From Tubulanus polymorphus (taxonomy: Eukaryota > Animalia > Nemertea), in the NCBI RefSeq assembly GCF_964204645.1, contig NC_134031.1:19971910-20035909 (forward strand): a DNA stretch of 64,000 nt, given 5' to 3'. The notes beneath the pieces are model-generated. The model made no database searches and was not told the origin of the DNA. It worked only from the letters and a program-made list of their open reading frames with translations. Positions within the stretch are counted from its first letter, which is position 1, and each line of letters opens with the position of its first letter. Positions 40,160-54,300 of the stretch are shown in pieces. The translations under genes and the position numbers were made by a program.

Positions 40160-41367
40160 GTATGAACTGAAAGGCTGGTAGTATTTACTGAAGACTCTAA
40201 CCACGGTATTACACTGATACAGATGAGTTTATAATCAAGATGCTTGCAGTTGAGTCTCTTCACGTGTGGGAAAAAATGCAACAAAACATTTACCGATAAA
40301 TATGCAAAAAGACCTTTTTACTTTTGAATGCATAAAATCATTTTTCAGTCCATCTTTTCAAATACACCCATATCAAAATGACCATGATAATATTAATATT
40401 GATAGTTATTCCATCGTCAATTAAAGAGAATACAAAATTACAAATGGAATGCACAGAATTGGTAAATTGATGATACGGGCCAGAAAATGATATCAAATTG
40501 TTGGATAGTAAGGAATTTACAAACTGCAGTCAATATAAACGATCCTAGACTTGTAATATTTAAGGTAAAATGTAACCACACGAAGATATTTGGACAGTCC
40601 TACATTTCCAAGTATTTAACTCAAGACTTAAACAGAAGCTGAAACTGGATACCGGTCATTTTTGCCAATTCATTGAGTTTTAAGGTTTTCTCCATTTCTC
40701 TGACAATCATTGTAAACTAATAACAACCAAAGGCAAGTATTTATTTGTTTATACGAAACAAACAACTAATTGAAGTGTAGTTAAATTTATCAATTCAATA
40801 TCTAGTCATTTTACTGTCCGGCCACCATGTGATGTATGTAAATATTAGTGTTTATTTAAGTGCGATGTATAAACTATTGTGATTTGTAGAACTTTATCTG
40901 TTGGCTGTAAACTTCACGTGTGAATATTGACCTCTATGCATTATCACGAAAATAACTAGATGGTTCTGTAAATTTCAATCAACTTTGTAGAAAGCTTCTT
41001 TGTAGAAACCTGTGCTGGTTATGGAGAAAGTTGTTAGAAGTTCGGCAATATTTTATTATCCAAATCTATTTTGAATTTCTTGTAACATGTTTCATTTTGA
41101 ATCGGAGCTAGTTTCTCTTTTGTTATTATTTTGAAGGTGCATATTACTAATTATAGTCTTCTTTCTTGTTATTACCCATCCAACCTTTTGCCCCTGTGAT
41201 AAATTATCAAGAAAGTTTGTTTTCCTACAGTTTTTTCCTCGTATTACTAACTGACAAAAAGCGAAATATCCAAGTTGAATGTAAGATACAGATTTTACCC
41301 GAAGAAAACATTTTTGTAAATAGAGCTGTTTGTTATATATGTATAAATATAATTGCTGAAATTGCAA

Positions 41368-41373
41368 AATAAA
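41368..41373 (+). promoter_or_regulatory. Likely polyadenylation signal of the RhoGEF gene
   Basis: AATAAA about 1.2 kb after the stop at the end of an AT-rich 3'UTR, followed by a GT-rich tract (GTGGTCTTTGTG, ~41405). Confidence 0.55.
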
Positions 41374-41770
41374 GATCAAATTTGACCCTAAGTGGAAGAA
41401 AATAGTGGTCTTTGTGCCTTTGATTTGAAAAGGGATTCAGCATCAGTTTCATGACCTGAGAGAATCTATCTCAGTTTGGTTTGTAGGTCGCGATAAGATA
41501 CAGCAAGTGTCCGACATGTGGATTGTGTTCATTAACTGTGGAGAGCACTGCAAGATGGCGGAAACTTTCTTTTGAAAAAAAATTCGCTTCCAAGACGACT
41601 TTGTGTCAATTTCCACAATGCACATGAAGAATTCCAGTAAGAATTGGGATTCAATTACGTATGTGTTGATGTAGTGCCACAAAGCTCAACTGTCGATGTT
41701 ACAACTTATAACCTTAATCCTCTGGACCCTATATAAACGAATTGAGAGTTTGGGTAACTACCTGCAAGTG

Positions 41771-41843
41771 ACCCCGATAGCTGCAGTGGTAGAGCAATCG
41801 CCCGGCGATCGAGAGATCCATGGTTCAAGTCCCAGGTTGGCAG
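41771..41843 (+). pseudogene. tRNA-derived SINE head or tRNA pseudogene
   Basis: A-box TAGCTGCAGTGGTAGAGC and B-box GGTTCAAGTCC at tRNA spacing; acceptor and T stems do not pair fully. Confidence 0.65.
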
Positions 41844-42144
41844 ATTTTCACTTGTCCGCTAAGGCTGCCATTTTGTTTTTACCCTTTTGTGAATGTTTTC
41901 GACATTACTGCAAGTTGCTGAGAACCCCTTGTTTATCATCCATGGATTTATACAATCGAAAACGATTATTTCTTTAAAATCCCAAGCAGTGAACATGGAT
42001 CCTCAGTAGCCAGAAATAACAAACCAAAACATTCGTATCATTTTAATATATCTATATATTATCAATCAACTTTCTCAAAATATTAAATAATTTATCATCA
42101 GCAAAATTTGTAATAAATTAAACAACAATAAATCAGTTTTTCTT

Positions 42145-42276
42145 GGGCCAGTTGCTCAAAGGTTGGTTAGAGTTAACCAGTGGATACCGTAGTTGACATA
42201 GTGACAATCAAAAGTTCATTGTTACTATGGTATCTATCGACTGGTTATCTTTAACAAACTTTTGAGCAACTGGCCC
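42145..42276. mobile_element. Palindromic MITE about 100 nt downstream of the CFAP74 stop
   Basis: GGGCCAGTTGCTCAAA ... TTTGAGCAACTGGCCC TIRs with internal complementarity. Confidence 0.8.
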
Positions 42277-42372
42277 CTGGACGGAAATATCATTCTTCGA
42301 AAGAAACAACAGAATTTGTATATAAAACATCAATTGAAATGAATATTTGGACGGTTGGAGAGATTTCTGCAG

Positions 42373-45300
42373 TTATTCAGAAACCACTATCGCTCGCAGC
42401 ATAATCTTGCATTGTTCAGTAACATCCCCTCGTAAAGTCATTAGAATACTGGCTTCCATCGCTGTGTTCGGCTAAAATTCAAAAAGGCGTAAAAACAAAT
42501 TACTATTTCGATCAAAATTCGATTGTATTTCAGTTTTTATTCAGGGAGTGGTTAAATAAACTTACATCATGACCAGCAGGAGGTGTCCACGTAAAGACGA
42601 TAGGTTTCTTCGTACCCGCTTCAATCATACCCTGCAAAATACACAAAAATAATTGCAGTAATAATAGTGGAAAGTTATAGATTTATTCAGAGAATGGGTC
42701 TGATGTTGATCCCAAACATACCTTCTGTGGTTCTACATTGAAACCTTTAGCTTGTATCGCCGTTGGATTATCCAAAATAAATTCACCATTCTGCAAGAAA
42801 ATGATCGAAAATTCGATTCATAAACGAATCAGTAGATAATAAACGAATCGGTAGATTAGACGAGAAGATACACAATATCCGTGATGACGAGAGAAATCCC
42901 ACAATAACGAAGTCAAAATTGAAAAATTCTATATCAGAATGATTGTATTTGAGGAGCGATGTATGCCTGATGATGGCTAAAAGTTGTTAGCTTTGTTATT
43001 GTGGGATTTCTCTCGGAATCAGTAGATCCGTAAAATCCCACAATAAATGAATCATAGAAACAAAAGTTTATCTAAAATACTAGAAATATTTTGGGTAGTT
43101 GCTACCACCCTTGTTCAGTCTAAGACTCTTCAAAAAGGAGAAGACAAGTGATTTTAGACTGAAGAATGGTGGGTTGTAGTATGGGTATCAGATTTGCCAA
43201 CAACAAACAAATATTGAAACATATTCAAAACGGATGAATAGGTATAGATTCAACAGACATTCAAAAAACACGCAAGATTTAAGTAAACAGAGACGTGAAA
43301 GAGAAACCTCGCTGGTTGACGAACACAGGATTCTTTTATATTCAGGTATTAGCTCGTCAGGGGTTGGTTCTACAGTCGAGTCTATAAGATAAACCAGCTT
43401 TAGGCTATACGATAGAATGATACCTCGTTTCTCCTAATCAGCCAGGTAAATTTATAAGCCGCAATAAAAATTTTTTAAATCAATGTGCGGGGTAGATTGG
43501 TAGCCAGCTGGGTCATCCTATAAGCTCAGCAGAAATGAGAAACAATTGATCAATTTTGTTTAGCCTTAAAGCAGTTTCTGAAGTGGAACTGTATTCCCTG
43601 ATTTGATGTGGAAATTAAATTGAACCGCGACGATTTTGAAAGTGAGTAGACAAGTTTCTGAGATGTGACTGGAGTAAAAAACAGATATTTACACAGAGAA
43701 GAATCGATCATGATTTTATAAAGATGACTATGAAAATTTTTTTCTCCTTTTAGAAAACGTTAATTACCTTCTTTTTATCCTATAAATCCCCCCAAAAATA
43801 TACACAAATCAAAGAAAATTGTGAGAATAATACAATCAATTAAGAACAAGTTTTCCGTGCAAAGCTAGATAAATGATTAATCAATAATTATAGATTAATG
43901 TGCATCTTTAACCAATTTAATGAGAATGATTGATTAGTGTTTAAAATGATTATGAAAGTGAGTGAATTTTTTATAAACGATTCAAAATACATTTTTGACA
44001 AAATCCGTTTACCTTTTTCTGACTGACAGCCATCGTACGAACGCATCCTACAAACACCTCACCCTCACCCGGGATATACTCATCATCCTTCATAACCGAC
44101 TTACAAGTCACTAAAAATGACTTCGCGTAAGTCTTCTCATCTTCATGAAAAAAAAAAAGAAACTGCAGAGATGTTTTTCTTCCGCTTTGGTGTCATTGAT
44201 AACAATATCAAGCATAAAGGACAAGCTGGGACAACCTCTGACCAAGTGGACTAGTTCTATTGGTCTACTGGTTAGCACGCTTGGTTCTACGTACGAGACC
44301 CGGGTTCAATCCCCGGTGAGTGCGCATAAATTCACTTAATCATTACAACAACATCACAGACTACCGAGCCCAGAAAATTAAGTCATGTAAAATCAAAGAC
44401 CTTACCTTCTTCTATATCTGTTACTGGTAAAACTGATAGCGATTCTACATCAGTTTTAAGTTCATCTCCTCCACCCATGAACATTATATGTTCCTGCGCT
44501 GTTCCTATCAACTGTATATAGTGTCCGGCATCCTGAAATCACACACGACATAAAGAGAAAGCTTAGTTTTTTACATATTCAAGATCTTCCCCAAATCGGA
44601 CGAGTGACTTAATGAAAATATTACCTGGCCAAATAACGAAACGACCATTCCATCGCTATAAAACTCACTCGAATGATCGGGAGCAAATGTGATCATGATT
44701 TCACGAGATTCACCTTTTAAAAACAAGACGTTATTTGAAGAAATTCTGTTTTCTAAAGAATGATTTGAATTAGCGGAATAGCACGCGACTCACCGGCTGA
44801 AATGATGCCTTCAGATGGGACGCAATCAAAAACACTTTTACCAGAATAATTCTGTGTACCTGCACAAAATATTCAAAATCATAGACTCAAGACCCATAGA
44901 CTCAAATATATATTCAAATTTGTCCAACAACGGGGTGGCCACTATTATTTTCACTTGCTTGTTACCCAGCTTTTCCCTGACTATACCCTGACACGGGGTA
45001 CCCTGACTACACTATACCCTTGTTTTCCCTGACTTGATCAGCTAAGAATCCGATCAATTAACACAGTCAAATACATATGACACAAAGAGTTTGATTATAC
45101 ACACGATAAAGCAATCTCAACAAATTTCCCTGACTTATCCCTGATTTTTAGCTTTTTTTTACAAAATTTCCTGACTATCCCGACTTTTCCAGGTACCAGT
45201 AGGTAGCATCACCCTGAACAACTGACATCTATGAAGATATGTATGATTTCACGTATAACTAACCCACTACAGTCTGTTTCGCGGGATCTGGTTGTTTTAT

Positions 45301-48300
45301 GAATGCCGGTATCACCTGCGAGTCTTGATATCGTTTCAATGAATTACTGTCGAGTTTGATCGCGAATTCAACGGCTAACGTCGATATATTTTCAATCTAG
45401 AAATACAAACGAAACATACGTGGCATTTAGGCATCACCAGCAAGGGGAATAATGTGGTAAATTATCAATTATTGAATTAATTATCAAGGATTGTAAATAA
45501 AAGCAATTCTATAAAGCTTGGGAACCGCTTTTCAAAATATCTTAGTGAGATCCCCTAACGCCTTTACAGTAGAATTCATTGTAAATTAAAGTTGATCGAT
45601 TTGATCGAATATAAAGAGGTTCTCTATACCAAAAACTAGCATTCAAAATCAATGACAACCAATAAATCAAAACCGATAAAAAGGACATATTACCTTGAAT
45701 GGTCTTTCGACGTATTCTCCGACGAGGACGGCTCCAAGGTCTACAACACCTTCGACGGTCAGTTTAACTTTTGGAGCAACTCCTTTCCCGGTCAGTGTTA
45801 TGTGTAATGTTGAATACGGTGTCGAAACTTTCAACACTTCATAATACTGTAAAACATCGCATAGAAAATCAGCGAGCAGAAAATACAGACGTGTAAAAAA
45901 TTCAGTATAATCTCTGAACACAACTTACGATATTATTCTTCGTCGGGGTAAATGAAATGAGTAGAGTATGAGTTCCGTCTGGAGGTAGTGATCGTAGTGC
46001 GTTCAGCAGTAGGAATGGACCGTTTGTATTCAATATACTCGACGTGAGCTGAACACCAGAAATTAAGGTTAAATCATACACATTTTTAACGAAAAATTTT
46101 ACACGTTTTGAAAAAAACAGCAGATTGATTTTATGGGAATTTACTTCGATGGAATTAATTTCGAGGCAGTTGTAGCGATGACTAGCTGTCATCACACGGA
46201 GTAGAAATATTTCAAACATTTTGTCAAATAAGGGTGAAACAATCAGCTCAGTGGAGAACCAAGTATTCTCTGATTTCTTGAAATATATACACGTACAAAC
46301 AAAAGGATACGTCTAAAGTTTTATCGGAGATATTCTGTATCGAGATCGATTTGATGACGTTTTGACCTTTAGATACTTCTCCGAAATGAGTCGTCGTACG
46401 TCCACTGTCCGAGATGACGACGAGCTCTGGTTTAATTACCGGACAATGTACAACCAGATACAAAGTATTGTGAACGCTGAAACAAAGTCAGACAAATCTA
46501 GAAGAGTTTGAGTTTAAAACAACCTTGAACAGTTCTGAAGATTGCGTTATTTGAAAACATCGACTCACTTCCACTATTGTATTTTAAAACTTGACTACAG
46601 AATCGATTTATCAAAACTCAACCAAATACTATGGAACAGGATCCAGGTCTACAGTTTTTGAGTAAGAATTGACTTCAGGTTTAAAACGTAGAAAATCTGA
46701 ACTCTATCATCAGATGTATGGAACTGGATGCTGGTCCAAGGAGTAACTATCAGCGAATCAACCAACAACTTGTTCCTCCCACCCATTAAACTATACCTGT
46801 ACGGCAATTCACCCGGTTTTCCACACTTTCCTGATCCGACATAACACGGTATAACGTATGTGTTAAAATCACCCTTATACGTGCGTAGCAATGCTCCATG
46901 AGCTTGAGAATATTCATCGGAACTGTGAGAAAAACAAATCAATCAAGCTTCAATATCGGAGACTTTCAAACTTGAAACCGCGAAAGATTTTCGAGAAAAA
47001 AGACTTACTCTGAATTGATTTCATCTGGTTTCGGCATTTCGACAGGTTCAGGTCCACTAACCAGTAGATCAGACGGAGCGTCTTTTTGCGTCTGCGTCTT
47101 TGATGATTTACCTTTCGCCGATGAACCTCGTTTTCCACCACCGGCTGCTTTCTTCTAAAATCAGCAGCAGGTTTAAAAACATGAATTATAATCACGAATC
47201 TACATCTAAATAATACTTGAAGTGACTAAAATATGGAACGAATTCAAATCCCCACTGATTTCACACAGAGATTACTGGTAAAAACCAAAACAAAAGGGTA
47301 ACAAGAGCTCCCCCTCTCACCCATTCTATGCCTATCTCCCTCCTTCCATTCTTTCTTGCCCCCTCTCACCTCCCTCCCATTTACCCTCTCTCTCTATCAC
47401 CCTCTTTAGGGGTGGATCTAGGAAATTCGGAAGAAAAGAAAAGGCCGTTCAGATGAAGCAGCTACGGCATTTCTTTTGGGGTCCCACCATCATTCATTAT
47501 CAGAAGAAATACATCCGGTAATATGCAATTTCCAAAAGAATGACCCCTGAGACCACCCTCTAAATCTGCCCCTACTCCTTGACTTACAGTAGCTTCCTCC
47601 TGTTTTTCATTTTCTCTCTGCACAGCCAAATGATACTCTTTCAAAGCTTGTGCCTCCAGTGCTTTGAACATCACCAGCGCCGCTTCCTCGCAAATTGTTC
47701 TTTCACCGAGCGTCGGAGCAAATCGAACTTGAACGCGTATTTTCTATTTACATTACAAATAAACTCATAAACTCAAAGATGAAGAAATTCGAGTAACTTT
47801 TTTTGTCAATAAGTGATGGTTGATACCTGATTCGGCTCCACTGTGCCGACTGACGGAGATACAATCAGAGGTGCACCTGCAGGCACCACGAATTCAAATG
47901 AAGTCGGACCAACAGGAGCAATTTCACCTAAATAGAAAGCTATCGGTTACTTCATGTCAAAAATAAAACATAAACCATTATAAGCTCAAATTTTCTTTTT
48001 ATCAAATCCTTCACACTAAAAAAATGAGAAAATGCAGCCCGAACCGTTTGTTTACTTTATTCACCATTTAGATTATATCCCAAGTCTTTGTCAGGAATAC
48101 TGTCAATTCAAAAGAGAACAGTTTGCTGAAGATGACTATTAGGATATAGTCAAAACGTTGAATAGATTATAGTAGCTCAAGGAAACAAAGCTGACTTCAT
48201 CAATAGTTATTATGTTCATTACCTTTTCCAATTCTAGGTACAGGATGCGTAAACTCATTCATATCCGTATGATTATTAATAACGTGTATTGATTTCGTTG

Positions 48301-51300
48301 ATACGTCGTTCAAACTGGTTGCGGCAAAATGTACGATCTGATGAGATAACTCCAGCGGAGGATGAACTCCGACGCCTTTACACTGAATCTTGAACTGTCT
48401 AGAAATACACAACAAAGAAACAACCGTTTTTACTCTTATTTTCAATTTCGAAGCCGAATAATTAATGAGATATGAGACTCGTCGATACCTGTTGATCAAA
48501 GACTTGCACGTTAATTCAAAAGAAAAGTTCCTCGCTTTCTTCGGACTGAAGATGATATCGAGTTCAATAGTTTCTAATGGCAACAACGTTCCAAATCCAT
48601 CATTCGGCTGTACATCGACATACTACAATGGATGAATACAATGAAATTCATATCCAAGATATAAAATGCATATTACAAGCAGGATTTACATGCAATTTAA
48701 TGATTCTACTTACATCAGGTAAACCAACGAACCCGAATTTCTGTGGCAAGATTGATTTGTTCGTCAGTTGAACGGTTGTTTTCGTAGATTCATGAATCGT
48801 ACAATGACCGAAATCGATTTTCGTCTGGTCGAATTCCATGTCCGACGGAGTAACAACGGCGTGAACTACAAACGGAACTGGCTGTGTCTGGAATGAGGAA
48901 GAGAGAAATCAGATACATCAGGAAATTATCTCTCAATTAATAGTCTGGAACCATAACTGTTACAATTAATCCTCATCACATTCACAATGATTATCAATTA
49001 TCTTTAGCCTCAATACAGTTTCAATTGTCAGTATGTCACTTGTCCACTGGAAAACTTTTACCAATCTATGAGAAACTGCAGCCCCTGGTTTATAACAATA
49101 GGACAAAACTTTATAGTTACTGACCTGATCTGCGACTCTGATGATCATTGGAGCTTCTAAAACTCCAGTTTCGCTATCAAAATATTTCAACGCTTCAGCT
49201 GGAAGTGTTTGCCTGAAATGGATACAAAGAAATAGGTTTCATTCCCAACACATATTACGATAACATACATGTTTACGAAATGGATTAGATCTGGTTAAAC
49301 CTCGGAAGGAACTTTAGCTGAGCCGAGAACTGAGATTGAGCCTGGATGTAACCGGTTTTTGGGAGCAGTTCGATATGATTTTTCAACTCTTTACAGACTT
49401 CAAACTTCAATCTCAAAGCAGTCGTCGCTCTGGAAAATAACAAGATAACATGATCATCAAAGTTTTCAGGGTGGCCACTTTCCACCCATTTACAAATCCC
49501 CCCCTGAGTTTTCCCTGATTCTTCCATGTGATAACACAATATTTCCCCGAGTGAATCAGAGGTTTGAAATGTAACAATTCATTTATTTTTCAATCAATGA
49601 CGTACTGATAAAGAAACATGTGGTCAACAGCATGATCAGAATATCCTGACTTTTCCTGGGTTTTGATAAAATATGTCAAATTCCCTGATTTTTTTCTAGA
49701 TTTTCTAATTCCCAGAGATTTCCAGGTAAGTTTCCAAGGTGAATATATCATCTGTTGCTGAGCAATAATTCAAACTCACCGATTATTAACAATGATAGTA
49801 TCCTGGTACAGTCGATCGTACATACAGATCTTTAGATCAACGTTTTGTCTTTCGACCCAAACAGGAACGTCGATAGCGTTTGCGATAGCGTTTACATTGA
49901 TCTGAAATTCAAACATGTTTTTACAGGACTGATAGACTGATATTCATCTCAGTATTTCAGAGATAAATTAAGATGACATTTGTTGATTTAGCAATCTATT
50001 TTCTGACAGTTTCGAACTTCATCATCAAAGAAACAAAATAACATAATAATGATAATAAATTGTTAAATCATCAACTTTGGGTTTTGTTCATTGATAAATC
50101 TTCGGGGCCAATTTGAAAGATAAGATTTCAACCCGAGATTCACTTGGACTTTCAAGAAAAAGTCATCATTGCTTACATTATCTGAAGGTGGGTCGGAAAA
50201 TGAGAGAATGAAGTCGACGTCAACTCTTCCGGGTATCGTCGGCTGCCAAATAATCTCTAAACGAACTGATGAAAACGGTCCGATCTCTCCGTTAGAAACC
50301 TGAAATCACATTCAAGATTATCGATAAAAATGCAAATAACTCTTCTCACGATAATGAACACTGATAGATGATGGAGAATTCAAGATGATATCTGCCGGCA
50401 ACGCAAATACTTACACATCCGATTTGCATGCCGTCTAAAGTTGAGAAATCTTCGATTTCACTCATCTCATGTTCCAGTAATGGTGGCGACATGTCTCTCA
50501 TTGTTTGTTCTTCCTCAGCTTCCTTCTGCTCTTCTCGTTCTTCTTCACCTCCTCCAAACTCTTTACCATCGATGCTTCGATCGGTTGCCACATCTTCAAC
50601 TCCAGTCTCACTGATTTCTAAGGCGCCTCCTAAAAATCAGTTTTAAAATTGGATTCTTTCAAGATTTTAACATTTAACAGTGTTATGGATTTAATGCTCC
50701 ATTTCATTTCAAATGCATGGTGCCTAAAAACTGAAATTATTTTCAAAACATCAAAATCATGGTTCGTAGGCATGTAAAAATACAGAAAACATATTAATAC
50801 ATTTTGTCTACTTCAGAAAATAGTGGCTTTTTTCTCTGGTTCAACTTGAGTGAAAGCAGAATTTTTGGCAATCTTTCAATAGTGTAAAATGGACTGAAAA
50901 TCAGAAACTATTTTAGGTACTGGTGTGTTGCGTAATTCAATGCGCTTTAGCATTGTTCAGAATGAAATAGACATTAGGATGTTCCGGTTATCTAAAACTT
51001 ACCGGTTTCATCGGATCTTTTAGTCCCTGGTTGATCTTTTTTCTCCGTGAGTTCATCTGATTCTGCAGACAATGGTCGATCGATATCGGTCATCGTCTAC
51101 GAATAAATGTAAAATACATGGACAACTATCAACATTATTTACTAGTTAAAATCATCTAAGAATCCATACACACCTCACGTCCCAGAGAAGTTGTGGCTGA
51201 TGTTACCGTTCGTGGTTTTAAAGCTGAAATTTGAAAGAAAGTTTTTACTATAACTAGGATTTCCCAGAAATTTCTAGGTTTTAAATGTTCCGAGATTTTA

Positions 51301-54300
51301 GGCAAAATTTATCAAATTCCCCGAGTTTTCACTGATTTATTTGTAGACTTTTCTGGAGTCATCCAGATTTTCCTCGTCAGCGGCCACCCTGTAAACCAGC
51401 GGCCACCCTGTAAACTGGCCCTCCCAGTTTGTGTTTATGTAATTCAAGAATAAACGCCGTCTTTCAAATACTAACCAGAAACTTTGAAGAAATCATAGCG
51501 TGTTCCGAGGGCTCCGTTGTTCGTCAAAGTGAAACAGCGTTTTAAAGTCTCTCCGATCACAGTCGTTCCAAAATCAACAGTTTTTATATCAACTGACAAC
51601 TAGAAAAAATAAATTTCATGGATTTATTTCAAACATATCATATTTTGGTGACTGTGCTTGCAACGGACTCAGTGGCCTCAGATTACAGTATTGCTTCCCT
51701 CTGCTCGAGAAAATATGTTTGAAATTTTCCCACTCGAATTCATTGTCAACTGCCGCGGAATTTGCTTGCCTCAGAGAAAACTTCTTGGTCTCGTGAGATC
51801 TGATGCGAGCAGAGTAAACTGTATCTGTTTGTATTAACGGTGTTTAAAGAAGATTGACTTACATCACACTTTTTCGTTGTACATTGTAAAGGAATTGAGA
51901 ATGGTCCGGTTTGAGCCATGAAACTCACTTCACCGAATAAATCCTCGTTTATCTGAAAAAACCGTAAAATTATTGAATTCGTCGTCGATAGAATTTACAG
52001 TAAAATCTCAATTATTTATGAATGATTTTGACGTACCATCGGTTTGAACGTAACTAGCATTTCACAGGTTAAACCAGCCGACATCTGACCCGGTGGATCA
52101 AAACTACAAGATACGAATCGTAAGCTGTAATCTATTGCAGTGGTGAGATCGACGTAAAGTACTCAAATCTATCAGATTTTAACTTACTGTATTTTGATGA
52201 AATCTTTCAGATGTTCAGTAATACCGATCAGTTTACAGTAGTTCACACTGTAAGACACATTCGTCAATGTTACTCGCTTTTTATACGATTTGCCGACATC
52301 AAAATCCTGAAATATCAAAAAGGAATATTTTTTAAAATTACAGCTATTTGAAGTGAGCATACGCAGCCCGAAATAAATCGAGGACCAGGACTGTTACACC
52401 CAGCCCTATGGCTCCAGATTTTTAGCGGGGTCTGTGAACTATTATTATCAGGGGCATTCTTTCAACTCACCTTAAAATGGATAACAGATGGTTTACTATA
52501 GAAAGCGACCCCTTTAAATTCTCGACCGGCTGCTACTTGTTTTTGAATGATCCCTGCTCTCTGTTTCTCCAAACCGGCTTGAAGTATTCCCTACAAAATA
52601 TTCACGAAGACTTTATCAAAACCGAATGATTTCAGTGAAATACTACAACTTTGGATGAAATTCCGGACGTTTGATTTGAGTTTTTGCGCACCTGTTCCAT
52701 TTTGCTGCCACCCGGAATCGTGTGAACAGCGACGACATCTTTCGGGACGTTGTAATGTTTGTGTTGATCCCACAAACCTTCGAATTCTGGTTCAGCCAGA
52801 TTCACTGCACTTTCAGCTACAAACAGAATTCAAATCAGCGATAATAAAAGGAATTTCGGACAGCATGAAAAAATTGCAATAAATCTCCAAAAACATTCAA
52901 AGAGTGATACACTTACATTCTGAATCCGAGTCTGGAAGATCTTGCTTGCTTATCGCGCCACTAGAGCGCGCTAAAATCGGCTCATCTTCATCTTCAGATT
53001 CGGCAAAACGTTTATCACTAAAATCAGGTAATGACGACTGAAAAGATAATCGTAATATATTTCACATTTATTCAATGAAATGTTCAATGTTTTGACTAGA
53101 ATTCGTGGAGAAGCCATATTAACCTGATGTAAAACAAATGAATACAATGAGATGAATAGTATTTCATAGGTTAACAAGTATATTGATGCACAAGCTTTTA
53201 CTACCGTGTCATTTCCTATAGATACTGTAGTTTATTCACTCACCTGATGAAGCTACAATACACTAGAAGCAAATGCTTGTACGTCAAATTAACTAGTTAA
53301 AAGTACTGTTCATTTCATTGTATTCGGCTAGAATTGAAATGCATCTTTGATAATGCATTAGTTTATTCCTAATGAAATCTCGAGGTTCTGTAATGAAATT
53401 CTTACCTTCAATGCGTCCGATTGGCGGTTAATCTGATCCTTGAAAATTTTCAGATCCTTTTTCTTACGCCGAGGAATTACCTGAATATGATAATCGCCAA
53501 ATAATTAACTATTCAAATCTTTAGGATAGGATAGGATGGGATAATCAATTTGTATAGTGCCTTGTACTACTATCAAGGGTGCTCTCTAGAAACAGGTGAT
53601 GACTTGAATAGAAGTGTCCTGAGCTTGCTGGGAGAGCGACAGACTGGTGTTAGGGTAAAGGAGAAAATTTCCGAAATGCATGTCCACTTAATATCAGTAC
53701 AGGATAAATCCACTGAATTCAATCTCTATATAATAATGTACCTTGGACGGGTCATTTTTTGGGTCGATCCACAAACACGGCTGTTGTTTTTTACGTTTTT
53801 GCATTTGTTGTTCTTCTTTCAGAATACGACCGGCGATTTCGATTTGATTCTCTCGTTGTTTCGCTTTGAATAACCTACGAATAGATAATTACGATTCGTA
53901 ATTCACAATCCAATTCTTCTCACTCCACACCTTCCCGAGACTCTACTCACTACGTCCCCATCGTGGTTCTAGAGCGATAGAAACTTACTGTTTTTGTTTT
54001 TCGAAGTCTTGAATACGTTTTTGTTTCATCATGATTTCATCAGGATTCCCACCGTCGTTGATAATTGATGCACGTTGATCGTCTTCCTCGTCTTGTTTCT
54101 GACGAGCGTAGGCTTTATCTCGCGCGTGAATTGCTCGTAGATTTTCCTACAAAATATAGCAAAATATAACAATGATCACACTGACTGGGACCAGGTCTGA
54201 GAAAAATTCATCCTCCTTATCAGCATGGCCACTTTTATTTAAATTGCTTTTCCCCTGACATGCACGTTACTTTCCCTGACTTAATCTGCTTAGAATCCAA

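Noticed and set aside
41771-44323. Two functional tRNA genes
   Set aside because: A/B boxes are present but acceptor and anticodon stems do not pair; treated as SINE heads or pseudogenes.
53097-53262. Two possible CFAP74 microexons (53244-53262, 19 nt; 53097-53123, 27 nt VNMASPRIL)
   Set aside because: The 19-nt one has good splice sites but shifts the frame; the 27-nt one is in frame but has a weak donor (GTCAAA). The flanking exons join in phase without them, so RNA-seq is needed.
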